Part shown: positions 12,891 to 24,867 of the stretch, one piece after another
Layout: each line of letters starts with the position of its first letter
Position numbering within the stretch: the first letter of the stretch is position 1
From: Lingula anatina
Taxonomy: Eukaryota > Animalia > Brachiopoda
DNA: 64,000 nucleotides
Assembly (NCBI GenBank): GCA_051362555.1
Contig: CM120646.1
Span: 19,840,001 to 19,904,000, forward strand
Direction of reading: 5' to 3'
Translations under genes and position numbers: made by a program
Notes under the pieces: generated by a model
The model's database searches: none
What the model was told of the DNA's origin: nothing
What the model saw: only the letters and a program-made list of their open reading frames with translations

Positions 12891-15619
12891 TTTTTATTGA
12901 TATGAAAGACAGTTGCAACTTGTCACGCAGGAGTTTTTTCCCCTTTAATTAGCACCAAAAGTTGTTTCCATTTTTTTCCACTGGTGACAAATTAGTTAGA
13001 CTGTATTGCACAACAATTACTTATACTGCAACCGAGAACCAGACAAATTTTTTTGAGTGGGCAGAATCGGTATTATTTAAGAAAAATGAGATTTTGAAAA
13101 TTTTGTTTAAGACCATGGGGTATTGCCTAGACAACAACGGCATACCTAAGAGATTTATAGGGAAAGGCAGATAGAAGCAATCAAGGAATTCGAGACCCCA
13201 GCAAATTTTGACTGGGTCTTTTAACCCTGGCGTTGGACAGCATAGACGTCCATTCATGATCCCTTTGATGTCAGTGCCCCCTGGCAGCGAGGTGCCTGTA
13301 GGCAGAACACATGCCTGCTTTGCATTATTCAGAACGTTGAGTATTATAAAAAGGATTTCCTAAACAAAATGACATCGACCTTTTTTTATGGTCATATTTA
13401 AATTGCGGCCGTTTTTTTTGGTCGCGGTGATTATCAATAATTAATAGGCTATGTGATAAAATCAAACAGGTCCATCAATGTTGACAAATGAAAAATAAAC
13501 GACGGATTTTCAGGTATGTGTATGTCATTATCTAGTTTATACATATGCGCTTTCAACTTCAAAAAAAAAAAAAAAAAATAGAAAGAGATGTAAATTGCTT
13601 GCTTGATTTAACAAGGAGGTAGAAATCCGTAAAAAAAAAAGGGTGGCAGTAGGAGTACTGCAAGCTCTTGTATATACTACAGAAAGGCAGGCGAAGGCAA
13701 AAGCCAGAGCGGGTACGTTTACCGGAGCCTCGTCACCTTGAGGTCAAAACCGCAAGAACGAAATGAATTATCGTCAACAAGTGGAAGCTTCTGGCTTCCG
13801 GAAAGTGAATTCCTCTCTCTTTCTCTATAATATATGGCCATGGTGCTAGAAATAGGAGATTTAAAACATTTAGGCAGTCATACACTGTCGGAGAAATAAA
13901 TTTCGATTTAAAACTGATTTAAGATTTAAAACTGTACCAAAGTTCGCCCACACGTTAATGACCTGTCAAACGATGTGGAAACCCCAACTCACTTTGTTAA
14001 ACGCGTATCGGGTGTTAAATGATTTTGCAGTGCTTACAGAGAGTGCTAATTTATATTCTGGCGGAGATATATCCTTTATCCTATGGGAAACTGCAAATAT
14101 AAATGAAACGAGTTCTTTGATGCATACACGCACATCTTTAAGAGGGAACGCCCCCTACCCCGCCCGAATTTTTTTTCTGAGATTTGTTTGTTTTTTTTTA
14201 TAAAATTCATTGATGAACAGCATGTGTGGTTTTTGGTGTCCTTATTCGCTAGGGTCTTCCGATGCTTACTTATTTTGAATGCTATGGATATTAGATAAAT
14301 TCTTACAAACTATATGACTGTTATTGTGATATCTGATGCACGTGTCGTAAACAAGAAGATGTGGTAGGAAGGGCAGACATCGGCGGTTTCCGGCAGTGGT
14401 CGTCTGTTTTCGTGGTTTTAAGGCAACAGACCGTGAGAAACATACACCGAATTTCTTTTTTTTGTAAAAGTCATGTGTAAAAGAAGTATGATTCATTTTC
14501 TTAATAGACAGATATCAGTTTCGATCTAAAAAAAAAAATTACCTGCGACAGACTATCTCTCGACATTAATTGTTTAAGTAGTGGTAATGTATCGTAAACA
14601 ATGATCATTTCCGGGACTTAAAATAAAAAGCGAAACGGAAAAAAAATCGTATTTCATATGTCTTCAAACCTTTCACCCACGTTTTCTTGCTATAATGTAG
14701 ACAATAAATAGAATTCAATAGATACTATAAAGGATACAGATGTTATATATAATAAAATAAAATCACTGCCACATTAAATTGCTTTTTGCTTCGTAACCAG
14801 ATAATTTTAAATATGTCATTTTAAAGGAAAATTTAAAAAAAAATCCTCTCTTCAGAGTTGCTTTCATTGAATATACATGTTTATATTATTGATTTAGACA
14901 CTGTGATGCATTTCCATCAGTTTGGCGCCATGACCGTTGACAAATGTATGATCAAAGCTGTATCGCATCGTGCTATTTTTACCGGTACCTGTACGTGCTG
15001 AATTGTATTTTTGCATTGACAGAAACTGAAACTAGACCACTGTCTGTCTGCCTGTCAGCTTGTCTGTCTGTTCGTCTACCTGTCTGCTTTTAGTGATGTC
15101 AATTTTTCTCTATTTCTGTTTCTAATCAAATTCCAAAAATAATAATATGGCTTATTCTTGCTCGTTCTTATTACAGGTTACCGATGGTATCAATGTCGTC
15201 GTCTGATTGGTAAATATTTTATACATACCGGCAAATTGTTTTTGTTATCGTTATTTATTTGTTTCTTTCTTGTAATTGGTTCCCATGATTTTTCAATGTT
15301 ACGCTTAGCTTACGACACCACCTACGCACATCGTACACTACTAAAATGACTCGTGCCTTCAATGAGTTTACTTTTTAATGACCAAAGATGAATAAAGATG
15401 TGATTTCCGGGACATCTCGCGCATAACAGATTTTGATTACAGCTTTGTTTACGGGTCTCGTTTGAATGAGTAGTCTGGTTAAGTGTGATATTTACCTCGT
15501 TGGCGGTTTTTGTTTTTACAAACCATCGCCTTTTTTATATGAATTGTGCAAAAAGACTACGTAGAAAGAGAAATACATGCAGGGCACTTTAAAGTATAAT
15601 TGTCAAACTTATTTGTTTC

Positions 15620-15622
<3 letters not shown>

Positions 15623-15650
<28 letters not shown>
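15623..15650. repeat. (GA)n microsatellite
   Basis: Seen directly. Confidence 0.9.
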
Positions 15651-15653
<3 letters not shown>

Positions 15654-18444
15654 AGAACAAAAATTACGAAAAATAAAACTACATGCAGTTTACCTACTTT
15701 TCAGCCGCCATGATATAATGAACCTAATAATTTTGGGAAATATGCTGTACATTGTATCAGTTGCAAAATGGCTTCTGCCAGAAACCGGGCACAATTAAAT
15801 AGTGCAACGTGAAGATTAAAAATTGGATCCCGTTTCTGAGTCTTTAATGTCACCTCTTTTTCTCATGAAGTCCTGTTGTAAGCCTACTTCTGTAATTGTA
15901 TCCTGCAATACGGCTCCTGTATATTACTGTGCGTTCCGGGTTGCATGATCTTTTCCAAATGCTGTCTTTTTTGTAGTATTTTACTGAAAATGCTCATCGT
16001 TAAAACTAAAAATGACCTCCTCGTGAATAATTATTGGCACAAATATTTCGATTGATATCGAACTAATGTAAAACAAGGGTACATTTACCAGATCGGAGCT
16101 AATTTCTTTTCGATTCTTAATCAATGTATGTCTATATCTGTGCGACCATTCGCTGTTAAGAAAAACAAAGACAAAGAGACCACAAGTAGATATCTTTTTC
16201 AGGCTGCCATGAGACCCTGATAAAAAAGGATAGTCCGTATTCGTGCAATGTGATCACGAAGATGAACTCTTCATGAGCCTTACTGTACATACTGTGTATA
16301 TGTTTTGGGTTCAATGCAGTTTATAGTTTGCTCTGTGCCTTGTGCAGTTTATTAAAGAAATGCTGGCACGATTTCATATCTACATTATGGCAAAAAATAT
16401 AATCTCAAAGACGTTTTATAAGATTGAGAGAGGTCACGGAAGACTGCACGGTTTTACACGTACTAGTAGATATAAATTATAATATACATGTACCACTTGC
16501 AAAAAGCTATTTATGTCCGGTTTTATTAATATAACTGTGTCTCAACATGTGTCATAACTTGCATATGGGTCAGATTTTAAAACTTTAATTGAGAGCTGTA
16601 ATTTTTTCTGACCTAAAACAACTGAATAGCGAAACCTGGAGTTATTATATAGTATCATATTATATGTTATACGTCCAGCTTACATCCTTGCTGTCTCCCG
16701 GGCTAGGCCATGATTTCTGCACTTTCAGTATGTTTGGGATTTCTTCAGTAGCATAATACCATGTCTCATTCACACGAACAATTTTAATATTTCCTCATTA
16801 AAATTCACCAGACGACAAGTTTCAGTTCCCCTAGAGACATTTACAGAATATTGACGCAACCCAAGCAATGTCAAGGAAGCAAGCCACTGGTCCTATATTT
16901 GGCGGAAGCATCATTAGAAGGTATCAACTTCATTAGACGGATAAAATGAAAATTAAATATATTTCGTGGGTTAAAAAATACGAATGAATAATATATTATG
17001 TACATGTAGTTACATTTGCTTTTTCCTGTGACCTTCTTGAAAAAATGTGACATACGAGTACTTACGTGAACTAGACTCTTCTTTCCAGAAAATACCAGGA
17101 TGTGCAGATTGTAAGACCGCTTCGTCCCGTGTATGATTTGGGATAGTGGACAATTTAAACCAGGTCCTTTTTTTATTGAGTCTTATTAATATGTCCGTGT
17201 GCATTCGGCAAGTTTCGGCTGTAACCGATTTGAAAACCAGTGATGACGTCATTCCCATTATCAGACACGTGACAACCTTTCTGAAATGTGGCACGTTCAG
17301 TTGAAGCGATAATGACCGTTTTTCGGGAAATGAGAACAAGACGCTTTTGATATCCGTTAAATTATTTTTAAGAGAACAAAACCAATACTTGGAGTTAGAA
17401 ACAGGAATTCTGAACCTCGAATGTAGGTGGCCTTAGGTGATGAGAAAATAGTAGATTTGATAGGCCAATGAAGAGACAGGTAGGCCTATACATGTAAGGC
17501 CACAACGAAAGAGAAGAAAATCAATATCTATATCTATATCGATCTGTCTTTAAAGCAATTAATATAAAAATATAAAATACCTCCAATGTAGACATAGGTG
17601 AACGTCAATCACCCTAACAGTGTGAGTTGCTTTAATCCCAGAAGATTCTGTTGTTTGGAAAACACTAGAATGAATTCAAATAACGATCTTTAAATTATAA
17701 CTTGTGAGAAATAAACGACCTGTTTTTACTTATGGCAACTACAGGGTCAGCCACAGAGGGGAAATCGACGTATGCCTCGGCATCATTTTGGTAAAAACTG
17801 TTTTGAGTTGTTTTTGATAATATTTGTCCAGCAGGATATTGGCGGGGTAAACCACAGTTGGTGTGGTTCATTACTCACAAATAGAGGCTGTTCAGAAAGC
17901 CATGTTTGGCAAGTTCACAGTTGATCTAATATTTGGGGTTAATGACAGCTGTCTGATCTGATTTTGTAATCATTATTGGAAGAAAAATTGACGTTCATTG
18001 TTCTATTGGTCTTTTTGCCTTTTAAATGGATTCAATATATACACAAAATAAAATGATTAAAAACCTTTATTTTTTAAGAGAAATGAAAAAAATCCTGTTA
18101 AGCAGTTAAAAACGAAACGAAAAAAACTTTAAGTACCAGTCACCCGTGCATTTATACCCACTACTCAGAGGGTTTTTCTGTATTTCTTGCCAAATACACA
18201 TCATCAAACGTACATGCAAGGATCGCTTTCACAGACATTTGTTGAGAGAAAATACGAGAACGAGTTAAACTTAATATTTATTCGGTAAGACAGAGCAATT
18301 GTCGATTTCTGGCTACTGTAAAATATTACATCACAATATCTAAATTACATGGTTCGCGCAACCTTAACGAACATAAGCGTTACTAATACCATATATACAA
18401 TATTTCTAATACAATAGATTATTAAAAAAAAAAAAAAAAAAAAA

Positions 18445-18553
18445 AAACGCGTTCCCGCACAGATCAGCGGTCGTTTGACCACAGATTTTATCGAACTGCT
18501 ATCACTCTGGTCAAGCGAGTACTTGACCACGTTGCCGGACATACGCCGGGCAA
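18445..18553 (-). ncRNA. candidate ~100-nt structured small RNA (TATA upstream, oligo-T downstream; Pol III type-3-like layout)
   Basis: Minus-strand TATAAATA at 18579-18572, then a GC-rich ~100 nt with hairpins GTTGCC..GGCAAC, TGGTCAAG..CTTGACCA and GTGGTC-AAAC-GACCGC, ending directly in a long T run (18447-18424). Matches no family I recognise. Confidence 0.3.
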
Positions 18554-20929
18554 CAAGAAGAGCCCAGTGGGTATTTATAGGAGTGGCCCACGTAGACGTG
18601 ATATCCCATAGAGCGTGCTGACACTCCAACGATCTGACACTGACAACTACATCAATCTTAATTTAAACTGAAACAATGCCACATTTTTAGAATTCAAATT
18701 ATCACCGTTTAATTGCCATACCGATTAATGTCTGTTATTTTATAATTGGTGTCGGATTTTTTCCCGTGCGTGACAATGCACAACTCTACACTTAATTCAA
18801 ATTATGACCCAACGACACGCAATGTAAATAAATAAAAGGGAAATTTTAAAAAATAAAATAAAAGATAAATAAATAAATAACTGGAGTAAAATTATGTTAG
18901 TTTCGTTCTCAACATTTCTGGAACGATAACATACTTGTTAAACAAACAAAAATACAACATCCAGTACAATATTTATTTCTCATACTCTGACTGGTTGTAT
19001 AATAAATACCTAAATACATATAGGTGTATGATGAAGACTAGCGTTAAGCTTAAAAATGAAGACCCATTAATGGCAATATATTAATATCATATCTTCTATG
19101 ATACGATACGGTGTTGCGGTACAGTGTAAGGGTATATCAATACCTAATGCCAATGTAAACTCTGATTGAAAAATGTTCCATTTACAATATTTACTTAACT
19201 TTTTAATAACTTGTATTAATATTCATCATCAAACACAACAGTCTCATTATATTTTCAGTCCAATTTAAAAAGAAATTCCAAATATCAAATTATATACATT
19301 ATTTAAATGTAACTATAGTAGAAAGAGTGAAGCTAATTGTTCGGGAACTTGGCATGCATGATACCGCTACAGTGGAAAAAAAAAAGAAATTGTATCAACA
19401 TAAAACTTATAAGATTTGGCAAGTTAATATGGCCGTCTCACATATGCTATTGTTCTACACGTCGTCACATGGTATTGACCTTTGGGACTCTTAAAGCCAC
19501 AGTCTTGTTCTCATCAGTTTTAACTTAATACAATTCTAGGTTTTACTTCAGGAAGCAGAAGCTAAGAGTAATTGGCACAAACAGCGGTGATAAGATTTAT
19601 AGCGGAATTAAATAACGGGGGTTGTATTTCAATGACCACGGGCTATATCTGTTTTAAACTGGAACTGATGAGAGCACAGCATTATTAAATTGGGGACGGT
19701 GCCACCTACTAACCTACTAAGACATGGGGGGGGGGGGGAGGGGGGGTCTGTAGTTCCCACCTTTAATAACGTCATCAATATCGTGCGTCAATGACCAAGG
19801 ATATGGTTCATGTTCCACAGCTTTCACAACTTTTGGTGGTGAGCAACAGTTTAAATACTTTGAAACAAACAAACATTATTCAATGATGTTACACCGTCAC
19901 ATCTACCACATTACCCAACAAATAAGTTTCTCAACCAACACAATGTCCCGTCCTTCAATAATGCTTTCAAGCACAACCATCGCACCTAACACAATTTGAT
20001 ACTTACAAAGCAGGAGAATTGAATCCCACACTGGACACTTACAGAGTACTAATGGTAGAAGGCCCACAGACTTCATCGTACCACTGATGTTATCTGGCAA
20101 TCAGCAGAGAATGTCCAACAGAACCAATCACATACCCTATATCATACCATCTGTATATGACTGTCCAAAATGTGTTTCAGTTTTCATTCTCCATTTATAA
20201 ACAACAACTGTTTGAATCAAAATACACACTGATAAGAATTCCATAATGCTAGTTTACCTTTCAACAGCCATATCCTGTGACAAATTTCTATATATTTAGA
20301 TATAATTTTTCTTAAAAATCATTTTCAAGAAATTAATCTTATCAGTAACATTCAAAATACAAAAACTACAATGATAGCACCAGTGGTATGGCATAATGTG
20401 TACCCTAATTGTTGTAAACCTAAGACAATTGGAGTACAAGTTCACTAATATATATACTAATCCATAATATTATAAGTCTGACTATAAGTCTGTGTAGCTG
20501 TTCAGCACATAATGATACAAAATTCAGACCCACTAAAAATTTAAGATTGTACTTTCAACAAATGTACTATTCACTTTATTAAAAAAGAGAAAGCCTCACC
20601 AGTGAAGATGAATTTCAATTCAATAATCACCTTTACCATTTTCTCTTGCAGGTCCTCAAAAATGGCTACATAAAATACTCAACAGTATAATATATATATA
20701 TAATCTAACACGATAAATCTTGGCAAATATTGGTGTTCTAATATCATCAAGCAACTTCTTTATACCTACGGTGTTCTTAATAAAAACCATGTACACACAC
20801 ACATGTATATGTTACATAAAGAATAACAACCAGCACCCTTATTCTCTTCATTATTTCCCAAATTCCACTGAGACCACCAATTCTCAGAGCCTTGATAAAG
20901 CTACCTGTTTTTTTGCTGACTCCCTGACC

Positions 20930-21480
20930 CTAAAATAGCATTCCAAATTCTTCATTAGGATCCCTCAACCTACATTAGGTTAATCACTGGGATTTCCGAC
21001 CTGCATAAGGATCACTGACCCTTACTGAGCACCTCTGAACCTCCATAAGGATGTTACACCCTTCACTAGAATAACTATTCTTCATCACGAACCATGACCC
21101 TCAGCGCAACTGACTGATCTTTTCTTAAGAACATGGATCTCCCCACTTAGTTCTCTGCCCTACATAAGGTTCATTTGGCGTATTCAGAACTGCAGACTAA
21201 CATATCCGGGGATCAAATATGGATGCTTGTTGCGTAATCCCCGTGAGGAATCTATTCAGTGTCTAATCGGGAATGAAGCGGCAAGCTTTTTAGTGGGACG
21301 CCATATTTAATCCATGGATCTGTTAGTCCGCTGTTCTGATTGCATTTATTGGTGCTAAATTAGGATAACTGAACCTCTATCAGGATGGCTGACACTCTGT
21401 TAGGATAAATGCTCCTTTACCAGGATCCCTGATCCTTCTGACCAACCTTTCAGATCTAGGCCCTTACATTAGGATCCCAG
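20930..21480. repeat. degenerate ~21-bp minisatellite (core AGGATC.CTGACCCT) in the presumed 3' UTR of the zinc-finger gene
   Basis: Recurring AGGATCCCTCAACC, AGGATCACTGACCC, AGGATAACTGAACC, AGGATGGCTGACAC and AGGATCCCTGATCC units. Confidence 0.55.
21184..21339. mobile_element. MITE-like insertion with ~24-bp imperfect terminal inverted repeats
   Basis: Left TCAGAACTGCAGACTAACATATCC vs reverse complement of right TCAGAACAGCGGACTAACAGATCC. It interrupts the minisatellite and keeps several CpGs in an otherwise CpG-poor region. Confidence 0.6.
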
Positions 21481-21870
21481 GTTTAATGCTGTCCTATACT
21501 TCAGCAGGATTTTGATTTTAATTCCTAGACTAATACAAGCATAGCCAAATGCTGGACAGCTTTTTTTGTGAAATTTTTCTTCTAAACCAAATCCATTGCA
21601 AATATGGCTGGAAATCCCCTTTTAAAGCATTATGTGGCTGTCATGTCTTTAATCTATGAGAAAATGAGAAATGAATCTTTAACTACCAGCAGCACTTATT
21701 CTTGTAATCATCTCCTCTGCATTTTTGAACATAACTGGTGTAGAGACTATGCGGTTATCCAATGCTATCTTAAACTGAAATCACAGTGATACAAAACTGT
21801 CACTGCCCTTCAACCCCACCTTCCCTCCCCCAATGTCTGTCTCTAAGACTGCGTTCAGATTCATATATCG

Positions 21871-22099
21871 TACCAGCTAGATTGACCCAACTCTGCAGGG
21901 GATTCTTGCTTAACTGAATTCAATATATTCAGCTTAATTGTCAGACATGCTTCCTTGAGGAGCTAGGGTATAATTGACTTTCATGTGTGCTCAGCTTAAT
22001 AACCTTAGCAGCTCAAGAAGGTATGTCAGACATTTAAGCCAACGACAGTGATTACACTTAGAGAGAATCTCCTGCAGAGTTGGATTAATCCAGCTAGTA
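21871..22099. repeat. ~230-bp fold-back (nested inverted repeats), possibly a TA-flanked MITE
   Basis: Outer arms 21871-21906 and 22064-22099 match at 31/36 as inverted repeats; inner arms TGTCAGACATGCTTCCTTGAG.. and ..CTCAAGAAGGTATGTCAGACA also pair. Confidence 0.8.
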
Positions 22100-22138
22100 A
22101 GATTGGTTTATCTCTATGCTCCCTAAGAAGACAAACCT

Positions 22139-24832
22139 TTATGAGTTGTAGAGCAATTTATGCCAATCCACCTGAAGACTTCTGGCTCCATATGCCAGGT
22201 GACTAGGCTGTGGACTGGCCCCAGTGACTGTGTGACTCAACATGTCTGTGAGAGACTGGCACTCCGGCCCATCTTGGAGAGCAGATGGCGCTGGTGAGGA
22301 GTCGTTCCTGGACACGGCATTCTGGAAGTGTGCACTCCAGTCACTGGGCTGAGTCACTCTTAATCGTAAATTTGCCGCGGGAGAGATGGTCTGCTGGGTG
22401 GGGGTGGACTGCTGTGCACCCGACACCTGGGGTGCAGGTTGAGTAGAATGCTGGGAGGAGCGCAGTCCTGTAGATGGCATCGTAGTCTGGAGCAAGTTTG
22501 CCTCAAGATTAGCCTTCAAGCCTGTCTTCTTCACCATCCTTGTGTCCACGTATTTATCGAAGTTATGGGACTGCACCACTTCGGAGTGCTTCTTTTCAAC
22601 ATGCTGGCGCAGGTTGCGCATGAAATTGCACTCGTAGTCGCACTCCTTGCACTTGTACATCTTATCTTGACAATGTTTCCGCTTGTGTTTGCGCAGCGTG
22701 GCCGAGTCTGCTGCTGCGTAGTCGCACAGGTCACATTTGAATGGCCGTAGACCATAGTGGGCATTCTTGTGGCTTTCCAGCAGATAAGGTCTGTCTGTCT
22801 TGTAACCACACAACTCGCACATTAGGTTACGCTCAGCACGTTTTGGCACGTAGCCTTCAGTGTGCTGGGTTAGCATGTGCTTCTTAAAACCACATCTTCT
22901 CCTGGAGTGGATGAAAATAAAAATAGCTTGTCTAAGAATGGGTTTGTTGTGACAAGGAGATGTGGGGTCAGGTGGTGTATTGTGATGACATATTGCAACT
23001 GGTTCTATTAGACAGCGCTGAAAGCTGGGCTTTATTTCCCAAACCAAAATTATCCTCAAAATTGGTTCAATCTTTTCAACCACAATTTTACTCTGCTTTG
23101 AATCAGTATGTCCAAGCAGTAGCTTAACATTTTAAAAATGAAATTCCTTGCCTCTTTATAACAAGTTGAGCATGGATTATGTGTCATACCTATACTTTAT
23201 TTAAGTGGACTGGCTACTTTGGATTTATCTTGAACTGAAAAAAGATATGTGATCTGATGATAAAGAAACCTGTACTTACTTAAACCCATTCCCACATATA
23301 TGGCAGAAGTAGACCATCTGAGTGCTATGTTTTACCATGTGATCTCTCAGAGCAGCAGGACAGCTACAGGGCTTCTTACAAATACTGCAGTTGTACTGTA
23401 ATACATAGAAAGATAACAGCATCAATAGTTATCATATCCTATGCTTTTAGTGGGCCCATAAACACTATGATACAGAAAATGTCTAATGGATTACATACCA
23501 GATTATGTGAGAATTGATTATAAAGAGCACAATGATGTAAATGAAGACAAACACTTAATGATGTAAAAAGATGCATCATGATTATAGCAACTAACACAAT
23601 GCGGCTTCTACATCTCACACATTATTGCTGTCACACCTAACACAATGTGACTGTCACAACCCACTCACCTCTGCCATCAGCAGCCCAGGATGGTGCTGTA
23701 CAATGTGACAGTGACACCTAACACAATGTGAATGTCACACCTAACACAATGTGACAGTCACAACCCACTCACCTCTGCCACCAGCAGCCCAGGGTGGTGC
23801 CGTACAATGTGATAGTCACACCTAACACAATGTGAATGTCACACCTAACACAATGTGACTGTCACAACCCACTCACCTCTGCCACCAGCAGCCCAGGGTG
23901 GTGCTGTACAATGTGGCCCCTCATGGACCCCCACTCCTGTTTCTTTGGCATGAACTCGCACTTCAGGCACTTCAAGGCCTTGGTGTCATTCAGGTGGCAG
24001 TTCATGTGGACGTCCAGCTCAGACTTGTGGACACTGAATGACCGACACCCTGGGATGGGGCACTTGGCAGAATCTGGAAAAGGACATTAAGATTTCTGCC
24101 TGTGATGATGGACAAGGTACTTGAACAGTGTATCATCTCCATCATTAATATAATTTCTGAATCAGTAACCTTTTCCATTAGATTAAGGCTTCACATATTT
24201 GCCTAACGAAAGGCAACTCTTTTCAATGTTTTGTTCAGATACTTAAATATAATCTACTCTGTTAAATTGCTGAAAATAACTTTGTTAAAAATTTTACTTA
24301 ACCTTCAATGCCAATTCATTAAGAAATGTGTCTATAGAAACTGAATGATTTTTAAACATCTAAGTTCTACATAGTGAAAGTTCAAAACACACTTGGACAA
24401 ACAACTTTGTAGCTCACTTATGCTAAAGAAGAAGTGAAATTAATCTAGGACTACAAAAGCACTCCCATAACATTTGAAAACATAAACTGGATAAAACTAG
24501 CACAGTTGCGACCAGCAATGAAATTACCCATGCTCACCTGTACACTGTATATACAATGTAAACCACAGGTATCACACAAATATTCATAAATTATGGTTTT
24601 GGGGAGATGCATTACAACCTCCAAGAGTCTTATGTCAAGATTGTTGTACCCCAAGGACGCCCTGTATTACCTTCCTTGGGGGTCCTGGCCCTCCTCTTTA
24701 TCTTTGGTTTTAATGGAGCCAGTTCCTGGGCAGGTTTTGACACTTTGGTGGCTGGCTGGGAAATCATCTTCATGGGTTTACTGGACTTCCTTCTGGAGAT
24801 CTTGATCTTGATCCCAACTTTTTTCTCTGCTA

Positions 24833-24867
<35 letters not shown>

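Noticed and set aside
12350-12905. Overlapping 143- and 145-aa plus-strand ORFs
   Set aside because: No domain or splice support; explained by locally high GC in a promoter-like island.
18445-18553. tRNA-Sec, Y RNA, U6/U6atac or hammerhead identity for the structured element
   Set aside because: It starts GCCCGG like tRNA-Sec, but has no cloverleaf or UCA anticodon, no ACAGAGA box, no clear Ro-binding stem and no CUGANGA/GAAA core.
23590-23915. CRISPR-like repeat/spacer appearance
   Set aside because: The intervening sequences are themselves repeated, the unit copies host exon sequence, the context is eukaryotic and no cas genes are present.
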